Below are positions 53,796 to 61,865 of a stretch of 61,865 bases of DNA, in pieces. This stretch comes from an uncultured Gammaproteobacteria bacterium (GTDB lineage Bacteria; Patescibacteriota; Patescibacteriia; UBA1558; 2-01-FULL-52-15): assembly GCA_964487895.1 (NCBI GenBank), contig CAZASM010000002.1, positions 1 through 61,865 on the forward strand, read 5' to 3'. Made by a program: the position numbers and the translations under genes. Position 1 is the first letter of the stretch. Every line of letters begins with the position of its first letter. The notes below the pieces were generated by a model. The model did not search any database. It saw only the letters and a list, made by a program, of their open reading frames with translations, and was not told the origin of the DNA.

Positions 53796-55457
53796 CTAGT
53801 TATTTATCCGCTTCTTGGCAACTTGCAACAAACCTGTGAATAACGGATGTGGCTTCAAAGGTCTAGATTCGAACTCGGGATGAAATTGAGTAGCGATGAA
53901 ATACGGGTGAACCGTCTTCGGTAGCTCGATTATCTCCACCAAATCATTATCAGGACAGATGCCGGAGAAAACTAGGCCTGCTTTGGCTAACTGTTTTTTA
54001 TACTTATTATTGAACTCATAGCGATGGCGATGACGCTCACTTATTTTGCCAGAACCATACAACGATCGTGCCAGAGAATTTTTCTGCAGTACGCAAGGAT
54101 AAGAACCTAGCCGCATACTATTACCAAAATGTTTGGCTGCTAGATTTTTTGCTTGCTGTTCATTGATATGAATAATCGGCTCAGTTGTTGCTTCATTGAT
54201 CTCCACTGTATCTGCCGACTTGATCCCTGCTACATTACGCGCAAATTCGATAGTCGCCAACTGCATGCCATAACACAATCCCAAATACGGTATCTTGTGC
54301 ACACGGGCGTACTCGATAGCTTTCAATACCCCTTTGATACCACGTGAGCCGAAACCTCCCGGAACGATAATAGCGTCCATTTGATCCAAGGTTTTCAAGG
54401 TCGTCTTTGGCGCTTTACCCCGCTCAGCGGGGTCAAAGTCCGCCGAATCTATCCAATGCAGCTCTGGTTTGACACCTGCTGCCACACCAGCGTGTTTGAT
54501 AGCTTCGATAACTGAAATATAAACATCAGACAAGACATAGTCGCCGGACAAAAAATACTTCCCCACCACCCCAATTTTGACTTTTGACTTTTGACTTTTT
54601 AGTTTTTTCACCATCGCTCGCCAGTCGTGCATATCTTTTTTGCGAGGTTTTAATCCAAATTTAGCCAAAATTTTATTACCGATATCGTTTTTCTCGAAAT
54701 TAATAGGAATATCATAGATACTATCAACGTCAGGCGCTGAGATGGCATCTTCAGCGTTGATATTACAGAAAGTAGCTATCTTGTCTCGACGCTTGCGATC
54801 AAGTGGCTGCTCTGAGCGACAAACGATAAAGTCTGCCTGAATACCCGCGCTATTAAGTGTTTGGGAAGCGTATTGCGTTGGCTTGGTCTTCATCTCTCCA
54901 ATCTTCGGTGGTACGGGCAGATAGCTGACGAGAATGAACTGCACATCAGCTGGCGCCTTCAGCTTCATCATGCGAGCGGCCTCCAAGAAAATCATGTTCT
55001 GATACTCACCTATCGTCCCCCCGACCTCAATAATTGTGAAGTCGGCATTGGCCAATTTTGTTGCCTTCTTGATTCTACCGATGATCTCATTAGGAATATC
55101 TGGCACTACTTCCACACACTTACCATCATAGCCGAGATTGCGCTCACGCTGAATAACCGTGGAGTAGACTCTGCCAGTCGTCATGTAGTTTGACCGAAGA
55201 ATATTGATGTTCAAAAAACGTTCATAGTTACCAATATCTTGGTCAGTCTCATCGCCATCAATGGTAACAAAAACTTCACCATGAATCGTTGGATTCATGG
55301 TGCCGGCATCGACATTGATATAGGGATCAATTTTAATAGCTGTGACTTTATAGCCCTTGCTTTGCAAAATAGCGCCAATAGACGCGGAGGTGACTCCTTT
55401 ACCAACACCCGACATAACACCACCAACAACAAAAATATATCTATTTTTTTTGATCAT
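53796..55457 (-). CDS. pyrG: CTP synthase
   Basis: YIFVVGGVMSGVGKG, a GATase domain with GLCYGMQ, and HRHRYE. Start set at MIKKNRYIFV. Confidence 0.95.
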   Translation of the reverse strand: MIKKNRYIFVVGGVMSGVGKGVTSASIGAILQSKGYKVTAIKIDPYINVDAGTMNPTIHGEVFVTIDGDETDQDIGNYERFLNINILRSNYMTTGRVYSTVIQRERNLGYDGKCVEVVPDIPNEIIGRIKKATKLANADFTIIEVGGTIGEYQNMIFLEAARMMKLKAPADVQFILVSYLPVPPKIGEMKTKPTQYASQTLNSAGIQADFIVCRSEQPLDRKRRDKIATFCNINAEDAISAPDVDSIYDIPINFEKNDIGNKILAKFGLKPRKKDMHDWRAMVKKLKSQKSKVKIGVVGKYFLSGDYVLSDVYISVIEAIKHAGVAAGVKPELHWIDSADFDPAERGKAPKTTLKTLDQMDAIIVPGGFGSRGIKGVLKAIEYARVHKIPYLGLCYGMQLATIEFARNVAGIKSADTVEINEATTEPIIHINEQQAKNLAAKHFGNSMRLGSYPCVLQKNSLARSLYGSGKISERHRHRYEFNNKYKKQLAKAGLVFSGICPDNDLVEIIELPKTVHPYFIATQFHPEFESRPLKPHPLFTGLLQVAKKRINN

Positions 55458-55875
55458 GGATGGCTTTGACTTTGATAATAATAGTAAATACTTGTCCGTC
55501 TGCTGACACCTCGACCTCATGCGTTCCCAGCACTTTCAAAGGCAGACCGGCTGTTAACTGCTTTTTGAGTAATGCCACTCCCATCTGCTGCTGAATAGCT
55601 TTGATAATTTCCTCAGCACCAATACCGCCATAAAGCTGATCATTATTATGCACCAGAACGTCTAGAATCAGCGCCTTAGCTGTTAACTGGCGTCTAAGAG
55701 CACTTTGCTTACCAGTTGCTTGAAACGGCCTTGGTTGGGCGCTAACAGGCAAGGTAGACCCGGCAACTGCTAAGTTTTGTCGCAACAAAAAATTCAAAGC
55801 ATAGCCGTCAGCAACTTCTTTAGTATCTCCTCTGACTCCCAGGCCTTTAACTGTTTGTAATAGAGTCACTTTCAT
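55441..55875 (-). CDS. rplI: 50S ribosomal protein L9
   Basis: MKVTLLQTVKGLGVRGDTKEVADGYALNFL is the canonical L9 N-domain. Confidence 0.85.
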   Translation of the reverse strand: MKVTLLQTVKGLGVRGDTKEVADGYALNFLLRQNLAVAGSTLPVSAQPRPFQATGKQSALRRQLTAKALILDVLVHNNDQLYGGIGAEEIIKAIQQQMGVALLKKQLTAGLPLKVLGTHEVEVSADGQVFTIIIKVKAIHDQKK

Positions 55876-55879
55876 AGAA

Positions 55880-57142
55880 TTATTTCAACTTTTCTTGAAT
55901 TACTGCTTGAGCTTTCTCTAGCTGAACATCAGTAGTAGTCGCGCTATCTGTTGGTCGTTCGATAATAACATCTGGTGTGATACCTTCACCTTGAATTGTT
56001 CGCCCCTTTGGTGTCAACCATTTTGCTACTGTTACTTTCAAGGCTGAGCCATCAGAGAATGGCAAGAGATTTTGCACTGAACCTTTACCAAATGATTTAG
56101 TCCCGACAATTATCGCTTTGCCATAATCTTGCAAGGCTCCAGCCATAATCTCTGAGGCCGAAGCAGAACCTTCGTTAATTAAAATCACAGTCGGAATTTC
56201 TGGAGCATGGATAGCTTGTTCTGCTTTGTAATCAATATTTCTCCCTTCATCAGTGAAGGTTTCTTTCACTACTACCTGACCTTTATCAATCCAAGAGCTA
56301 GAAATAGTGACAGAAGCATCGAGGAAACCACCCGGATTATTGCGTAAGTCAATGATTAAACCTTGAGGATTTTGTTTAATAATCTCGTTTAAAGCTTTGA
56401 TGAATTTCTTATCCACGTCTTTATTGAAACTGACAATCTGCAGATAAGCCACGTTATTATCCAACTTCTTCCAGGTGACGGTAGGATACGAGATGGTGTC
56501 ACGAGTAATTTTCACTGTCACAGGCTGGGAGTCTTTACTATCCTTATGGACAACTGTCAGCGAAACGACTGAACCTTTAGGTCCACGAATCTTCTCCACT
56601 GCTTGGTTCAGATCCATCTCATGGGTAGCAACATTATCAATAGCCACGATGGCGTCGCCAGCTAGTAGTCCCGCTTTCTCAGCTGGACTCAAAGGCAAAG
56701 GAGCAACAACGAGCAATTGACCATCTTTACTACTGAGTTCAGCGCCAATACCTTCAAACTTACCATCTAAGTCTTGATTAAAGGCGGCGTTTGCTTTGGG
56801 ATCAAAATAATCAGTATAGGGGTCACCAACTGCTTGAACCATGCCCTTGATAGCACCGTAATACAACGCTTCATTGTTAATCTTGTCATGATCAACATAC
56901 TCTGCTTGAATCTCATCCCAAACGTTCCAAAAAAGATTAGGATCAAGGTTGCGCTTCTTAGCTTCGGCAATACCGTTGTTTCTCCAAGCTTGAACATTAA
57001 TTTGTCCAGGAAGTAAGGCCGTACCAGCATCAACTCGTGCCACTACATAACCGAATATAAAAGCAATAAAAATAATGAGGGGCAACCAAAGGCCCCGTCG
57101 TGACGATGTATTTGTGGTAGGTATGATAGGTGTGGATGACAT
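55880..57142 (-). CDS. Carboxy-terminal processing protease (S41 family) with PDZ domain
   Basis: GIGAEL, a PDZ domain (SPAEKAGLLAGDAIVAID), LRNNPGG, the catalytic GSASASEI region, and KGSVQ. Confidence 0.85.
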   Translation of the reverse strand: MSSTPIIPTTNTSSRRGLWLPLIIFIAFIFGYVVARVDAGTALLPGQINVQAWRNNGIAEAKKRNLDPNLFWNVWDEIQAEYVDHDKINNEALYYGAIKGMVQAVGDPYTDYFDPKANAAFNQDLDGKFEGIGAELSSKDGQLLVVAPLPLSPAEKAGLLAGDAIVAIDNVATHEMDLNQAVEKIRGPKGSVVSLTVVHKDSKDSQPVTVKITRDTISYPTVTWKKLDNNVAYLQIVSFNKDVDKKFIKALNEIIKQNPQGLIIDLRNNPGGFLDASVTISSSWIDKGQVVVKETFTDEGRNIDYKAEQAIHAPEIPTVILINEGSASASEIMAGALQDYGKAIIVGTKSFGKGSVQNLLPFSDGSALKVTVAKWLTPKGRTIQGEGITPDVIIERPTDSATTTDVQLEKAQAVIQEKLK

Positions 57143-57246
57143 ACTTTATACCAACGCATTATAACGTATTTCTACCGTGAGGCAAAGCTCACGTTTTTTT
57201 TGGTTTCTGCCAGGCGCGTATCAGAAACTAAACCGTTTAAATTGAT

Positions 57247-58344
57247 CTATTGTAGACGATCAGCAGAACAAACTTTCTTATTAATATCACAATACACTTG
57301 ACCAAATCTCGGACAATCTTGAACCATGATCTGAGGATTATTCTTAAATTCGCTGATCGACCTAGTGGCAGATATATTAAAATAGCCAAAATAACAACCG
57401 TTACTTGGGTTAGGAATCGCCACACAATCAGCGTCAACAGTACACTGTCGTGGATTGTCTGTTAAGGAAACGGGTTTAATAGTTTCAGAACCTGCGACAA
57501 ATTTATCCCCAAATAGACCAGTGTTGTAGTTAAAATCTATAGTTCCATTATCGGGTATTTCGAAGGTAACTACCTGTCTCTGGACATCTGCTTTAATGAA
57601 GTGAATTACAGGACTTATATTGAGCTCATTTCCTTCACAGGGGGAGGAAATAGCTTGTGGTAAAGCCTTAGCTCTTAAGCCGTTGACTAAAATTGCAGTA
57701 GCAATTTGTGGATCACTACCCTTATCAACACTGGAGCAATGAACTGGTTTAGTATTGAGAGTGATGGCAAAACTCTTAGCATCACTTTCGATACTGTTAT
57801 TTATTACTGATAGTAATAACTTTTGATCTGTTTGGGAGATATAGTAGTGCCAACTCGCACTAACTCCCATGTCGCCAAAACCCAACGATAAATGTATCAC
57901 ATCCCGATCTTGAGTGACCTGCCATACACCTCCTCCTGCGATGTCTATCAGAAGACCCTTATGAACAAACAAGAACTTTGGAGGTAAATCCTTCGTATGA
58001 TAGGAAACATCAAATGTGCCTTCCCAATCACCACCACTAGTGTCAGACTTTTGTCTAGTAAACACCAGATAACCACCATCTTTGGCGCATGAGACAGGCA
58101 CCCAATACTCTGTCACACTCTTTTGATTATTGACTGAAACCGGTCCGTATTCCTTAACCAAAGGTGCTGTCGGACAAATAGCATCACCTTGAGCCGGAAT
58201 ATCAACAGACACCACTGGTGTATTCTGGTTATTAACTATCATTACACTGTTAGGTCTCGAAATGTAACTGAAAACGGCATAACCCAGAACAACAAGTATT
58301 CCTATTCCGAGTAGCAAAATTATCAATCGTGTTTGTTTAATCAT
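57247..58344 (-). CDS. Hypothetical secreted/membrane-anchored Cys-containing protein (365 aa)
   Basis: N-terminal anchor LIILLLGIGILVVLGYAVF. No family recognised. Confidence 0.45.
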   Translation of the reverse strand: MIKQTRLIILLLGIGILVVLGYAVFSYISRPNSVMIVNNQNTPVVSVDIPAQGDAICPTAPLVKEYGPVSVNNQKSVTEYWVPVSCAKDGGYLVFTRQKSDTSGGDWEGTFDVSYHTKDLPPKFLFVHKGLLIDIAGGGVWQVTQDRDVIHLSLGFGDMGVSASWHYYISQTDQKLLLSVINNSIESDAKSFAITLNTKPVHCSSVDKGSDPQIATAILVNGLRAKALPQAISSPCEGNELNISPVIHFIKADVQRQVVTFEIPDNGTIDFNYNTGLFGDKFVAGSETIKPVSLTDNPRQCTVDADCVAIPNPSNGCYFGYFNISATRSISEFKNNPQIMVQDCPRFGQVYCDINKKVCSADRLQ

Positions 58345-58381
58345 GATATGCTCTAAGATTTATTTAAATTATCATTAAATT

Positions 58382-59674
58382 TTAGACCCTTTTAATATTC
58401 GCTCCCAACTGCGCTAGTCTTGTAACAATATCCTCGTATCCTCTATCAACCTGATTGATATTGGAAATAATACTTTCACCCTCGGCAATCAAGGCGGCAA
58501 TGATTAGAGTCGCGCCAGCGCGCAGATCAAAGCTGGTTATTTCTTTGCCGTATAACGGCGTTGGACCGACAATAGTGACACGGTGAGCATCGAGAACAGT
58601 CATGTCGGCTCCCATTTTCTGCAATTCCTGCACATACTTCATCCTGCCATCATACATCCAGTCGTAAATTAGACTAACACCATGAGCTTGAGTCAACATC
58701 GCAGCGAAAGGTTGCAATAAATCAGGGATAAACCCTGGTGCTGGCATATCGTGTAACTTGGCAATAGGCAAGAGCTTATCTGTTGGCCGGACAGTTAGAG
58801 AAAAGAGTTCGTAATGTTTACCGGGATCCATTCCTTCTGACTCCAACTCAAATTTCACTCCCGCTTCCTTGAATTTTTCTAATTCGAGAAAAAGGAAATC
58901 CTGCGCTACATGCTTAATTGTAATCGGCGAATTGGTAGCACCGGCTAGAGCGAGAAAAGTGCCAGCCTCAACCGGATCAGGCACAATAGTGAAATCTGAG
59001 CCATGAAGTTTATCTGAACCCTGGACTCTCAGGGTAGCAGAAGCTACGCCATCCACTTGTACTCCCAAAGATTGTAAATACCAACAAAGATCCTGAACTT
59101 GATGATCAGCTCCAGCGGCTATACGAATCTCTACTGGTGAGTTTGAACCAGCCGCTGCCAATAACACCAACTCTGTCGCTGTAACGCTGAATTCGCTCAG
59201 AATTATTCTGCTTGGGGGATTGCCTTTCTTCACCACTCTCATCATCCGATCTTCTGTGGTAATCTCACAACCAAACTGTCTCAGAGCTCCAAGATGAGCA
59301 TCCAGCGGACGTGAACCAATATTACAACCTCCAGGAGTTGCAATAGTTACTTCAGGAAAACGAGCGATCAATGAACCGACTAAAATTATAGACGCGCGGA
59401 TACGCTTGACTGCTGTGATATCTAATTTCGTTGGATCAATCTGGGAATTATTGATTGTCAATGTATGTTCATCCTGCCAAGTAATCTGTGAGCCCATACT
59501 TTGAAGAATTTCCAACATGGTCATGACGTCACCAATTTTTGGCACGTTTCTGAGCACACAATCATCAGAAACAAGCACTGTGGCAGCCAAAATGGCCAAG
59601 GCCGAATTCTTCGCTCCGCGCACCTCGATCACACCGTGCAAATGTTTGCCTCCTTGAATTACCAGACTATCCAT
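58382..59674 (-). CDS. murA: UDP-N-acetylglucosamine 1-carboxyvinyltransferase
   Basis: GAKNSALAILAA, the catalytic GGCNIGSRPLD loop, and the C-terminal DRGYE motif. Confidence 0.95.
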   Translation of the reverse strand: MDSLVIQGGKHLHGVIEVRGAKNSALAILAATVLVSDDCVLRNVPKIGDVMTMLEILQSMGSQITWQDEHTLTINNSQIDPTKLDITAVKRIRASIILVGSLIARFPEVTIATPGGCNIGSRPLDAHLGALRQFGCEITTEDRMMRVVKKGNPPSRIILSEFSVTATELVLLAAAGSNSPVEIRIAAGADHQVQDLCWYLQSLGVQVDGVASATLRVQGSDKLHGSDFTIVPDPVEAGTFLALAGATNSPITIKHVAQDFLFLELEKFKEAGVKFELESEGMDPGKHYELFSLTVRPTDKLLPIAKLHDMPAPGFIPDLLQPFAAMLTQAHGVSLIYDWMYDGRMKYVQELQKMGADMTVLDAHRVTIVGPTPLYGKEITSFDLRAGATLIIAALIAEGESIISNINQVDRGYEDIVTRLAQLGANIKRV

Positions 59675-59763
59675 AGTAGTATTGATTTAGTAAAAAATTG
59701 AGATTTTCCTGCGAGATTAGTCGCAATTGGCTAAGTATAAGCACTATTCATAGATAATTCAAG

Positions 59764-61032
59764 ATGGACATCAAACAACGTCGTTGGCTCTACAGCCTCT
59801 TTATTTTCCTCTTTTTTGTCATCTCACCTTTGGTGGTAGCGTATTCTCTTGGTTATCGCCTAGATACTAATCAGTGGAAGGTCTCCAAAGTCGGCGCTTT
59901 GTATATCAAAAGCTATCCAGCAGGCGCTCGAATCTATGTCGCGGATAAACTAACGAAGCGCAAAACACCAAGCCAAGTTATCAATATTCCTGTTGGTCTC
60001 AATACTTTTAAAGTTGAAAAAGATACCTACCAACCCTGGACCAAGAAAATGAATGTCACCGCAGGTGAAACGACTTTTGTTCAAGACATTCTTCTGTTTA
60101 AGCAAGATTTCAAAAAACAAGTCTTGGGCAATGGCGGCAGTCAAATGGTGCCTAGTATCAATGATGACGCCTATATTTATCTCAACAAACAACAAGAGCT
60201 CGTTGTCATCAATACAACAAATAGAACTGCTAATGTTATTACGAAACTACCTCCCTCTGCTGTTCTGAAGCAATGGTCCAATGATGAACGAACAGTTCTC
60301 TATTCTGTCGGAGCAAATTGGTACACATTGGCGCTAGCAGAAGCCAAAAGTACTCAGATAATTACCAAACCTGCCAAAGTTGTGACCAAAGCAACACTTG
60401 GAGCAAATGGTAACGATATTATTATTATTAGCAACCAAACGCTATATCGCTGGAACACAAGCTTTGAAACTCTAGACGTTATCATGACAAATGTACAAGA
60501 TTTCGCAGTCGCCGAGGGTATGTTAGCGATTCTTACTTCCTCTGGACTCAGTCTGACCGATATTAATGAAACTAAAAATACTATTTCTCCTTTGGAAAAC
60601 ACCACTGATTTAAAAATCGTCCAAGTTTTTAAAGATGTAGTTTTATTAACACGCGGTGATCAATATTGGATTTGGCGCGATGGCGCGATACAACACCGTC
60701 TCAACGCAACATCAGTAAATCACAAAAAAAACACCCTGCTTTTCAGCAATGGGTATGAGCTCAGTTCTTATGATTTAGGTAATAACAGTATCAATGTTGT
60801 TGATCGCACCAGCACAGTCTCGACAAATGTTTCCTGGCACCCCAGCACCAACTACTTTGCTCGTGTTCAGAATACAATCCTTGACCTTGTGGAACTTGAT
60901 AGTCGTGGTGACAAAAGACACGTGATACCAATTGGTACTCTGACCGCCTCTGACTCCTATCTCTTTGACCCTAAAGGCGAATATATCTTCATCCTCACTC
61001 CAGAGGAGAACTATAGTTTAGAGTTGCAATAA
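59764..61032 (+). CDS. Membrane-anchored PEGA-domain protein (422 aa)
   Basis: N-terminal TM segment. YIKSYPAGARIYVADK...TPSQV.NIPVGLNTFKVEKDTYQPW matches the PEGA domain pattern. The rest looks beta-propeller-like. Confidence 0.6.
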   Translation: MDIKQRRWLYSLFIFLFFVISPLVVAYSLGYRLDTNQWKVSKVGALYIKSYPAGARIYVADKLTKRKTPSQVINIPVGLNTFKVEKDTYQPWTKKMNVTAGETTFVQDILLFKQDFKKQVLGNGGSQMVPSINDDAYIYLNKQQELVVINTTNRTANVITKLPPSAVLKQWSNDERTVLYSVGANWYTLALAEAKSTQIITKPAKVVTKATLGANGNDIIIISNQTLYRWNTSFETLDVIMTNVQDFAVAEGMLAILTSSGLSLTDINETKNTISPLENTTDLKIVQVFKDVVLLTRGDQYWIWRDGAIQHRLNATSVNHKKNTLLFSNGYELSSYDLGNNSINVVDRTSTVSTNVSWHPSTNYFARVQNTILDLVELDSRGDKRHVIPIGTLTASDSYLFDPKGEYIFILTPEENYSLELQ

Positions 61033-61035
61033 TTA

Positions 61036-61758
61036 TTACTCCTTGCGTAACTTCGCGATCAAATTGGAAGCTTCCAGCAAAGAATCAAACGTCCCTGTGT
61101 CTAGATAATGTCCCTGATACATCTGTACATCTAGTGTACCCTCTGCTAAATATAAATTATTAATATCAGTAATTTCTAATTCTCCTCTGGCCGATGGTTT
61201 GAGGCTTTTTGCTTTTGCTACAACAGAAGAATCGTAAATATATAACCCAGTAACAGCAAAATTACTCTTGGGTTCGTTAGGTTTTTCTTCAATTGTTAGA
61301 GCCTTCATCTCGGAGTCGAAGGTAACCACACCAAACCTTTGCGGATCTGGTACTTCTTTGGCAAAAATCCTACCACCACTCTGGAAACTTGTAATCGCGT
61401 CCCGTAGCCAATGATCATCGCCTACGAAGACATTATCACCAAGAATCATAGTTATAGGCTCATCGTCAATAAAGTTCTCACCAATAATAAATGCTTGGGC
61501 CAAACCTTCGGGTTTATCTTGTACCTCATAAGTAATTTTGATGCCAAAATCCTTACCGCTTCCGAGCAGACGGACAAAATTACCAATATTAGCTGGATCG
61601 GAAATAACTAAGATTTCTTTAATGCCAGCATCAATCAATGTCTGCAAAGGGTAATAAATCATCGGCCGGTCATAGATCGGCAACAATTGTTTACTGGTAA
61701 TTTTTGTTAGAGGGAAGAGTCTACTACCAGCACCTCCTGCTAGAATAATTCCTTTCAT
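61036..61758 (-). CDS. rfbA: Glucose-1-phosphate thymidylyltransferase (short form)
   Basis: KGIILAGGAGSRLFPLT...SKQLLPIYDRPMIYYPL...GLAQAFIIGE is closely collinear with E. coli RmlA. Confidence 0.8.
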   Translation of the reverse strand: MKGIILAGGAGSRLFPLTKITSKQLLPIYDRPMIYYPLQTLIDAGIKEILVISDPANIGNFVRLLGSGKDFGIKITYEVQDKPEGLAQAFIIGENFIDDEPITMILGDNVFVGDDHWLRDAITSFQSGGRIFAKEVPDPQRFGVVTFDSEMKALTIEEKPNEPKSNFAVTGLYIYDSSVVAKAKSLKPSARGELEITDINNLYLAEGTLDVQMYQGHYLDTGTFDSLLEASNLIAKLRKE

Positions 61759-61761
61759 ATA

Positions 61762-61865
61762 TCAGACAATAGTTGTTCTATAGGCACCAGATTGGATATC
61801 CTGCCACCATATCGTATTGTTTGTATACCAATTAATCGTTTGTTTCAAGCTATCATCGAAATCGG
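61762..61865 (-). CDS. rfbB: dTDP-glucose 4,6-dehydratase, C-terminal fragment (N-terminus lies beyond the window end)
   Basis: Hand translation gives ...DFDDSLKQTINWYTNNTIWWQDIQSGAYRTTIV*. The xTIxWYxxNxxWW tail is typical of RfbB, and the gene is adjacent to rfbA. Confidence 0.55.
   Translation of the reverse strand, partial: DFDDSLKQTINWYTNNTIWWQDIQSGAYRTTIV

Noticed and set aside
1-61865. CRISPR arrays, rRNA genes, IS elements/transposases, integrases, and stop-codon reassignment (UGA recoding as in some candidate phyla)
   Set aside because: Reading through the window I saw no regularly spaced direct repeats and no recognisable recombinase or transposase ORF. Long housekeeping ORFs are uninterrupted under the standard code and several end in TGA, so there is no evidence for an alternative code.

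Overview
This 61.9-kb window is a gene-dense, AT-rich bacterial fragment with nearly all backbone genes on the minus strand. My manual 60-nt spot counts give 33-47% GC for the backbone. The gene content resembles a reduced CPR/Patescibacteria-type genome: a fused murG-murC, a DUF4012-like giant protein, an ADP-forming acetyl-CoA synthetase, a ProRS without the INS editing domain, and almost no Shine-Dalgarno sequences. That lineage assignment is inference, not proof.

Backbone genes, in order:
- secA (partial) and hpf
- a cell-wall cluster: murB, murG-murC fusion, ftsW, mraY
- a nifU-like gene, lexA, rpmA, ftsX/ftsE, an RlpA-like gene, tRNA-Thr(CGU)
- an ftsB-like gene, lepA, murJ, a DUF4012-like gene
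- a glycan cluster of three GT4 glycosyltransferases plus a priming phosphoglycosyl transferase
- RNase P RNA
- mreB paralog, greA, PBP2, mreD, mreC, mreB
- proS, rseP, frr, a BNR-repeat lipoprotein, holB, rnhA, recJ
- a thrombospondin-type-3-repeat protein, ADP-forming ACS, a PfkB kinase
- then pyrG, rplI, an S41 protease, murA, a PEGA protein, rfbA and rfbB (partial)

Between about 45.4 and 53.7 kb the composition changes abruptly to 55-63% GC in spot counts, with strong GGAGG-type ribosome-binding sites and several plus-strand genes. This patchwork of apparently acquired DNA also contains tRNA-Gln(UUG).

The most interesting unit is a 3.2-kb plus-strand cassette at 47291-50485. It starts with a GC hairpin and a perfect TTGACA-17-TATAAT promoter, carries nine small orphan ORFs of 49-143 aa, and ends in a strong intrinsic terminator followed by a long-range inverted repeat. 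One ORF is a stand-alone SWIM-type zinc-finger micro-protein and two carry membrane segments. I see no integrase, transposase or structural phage gene.

I found no CRISPR array, rRNA or IS element. All homology calls come from motif recognition by eye, and all GC values are hand counts of short samples.
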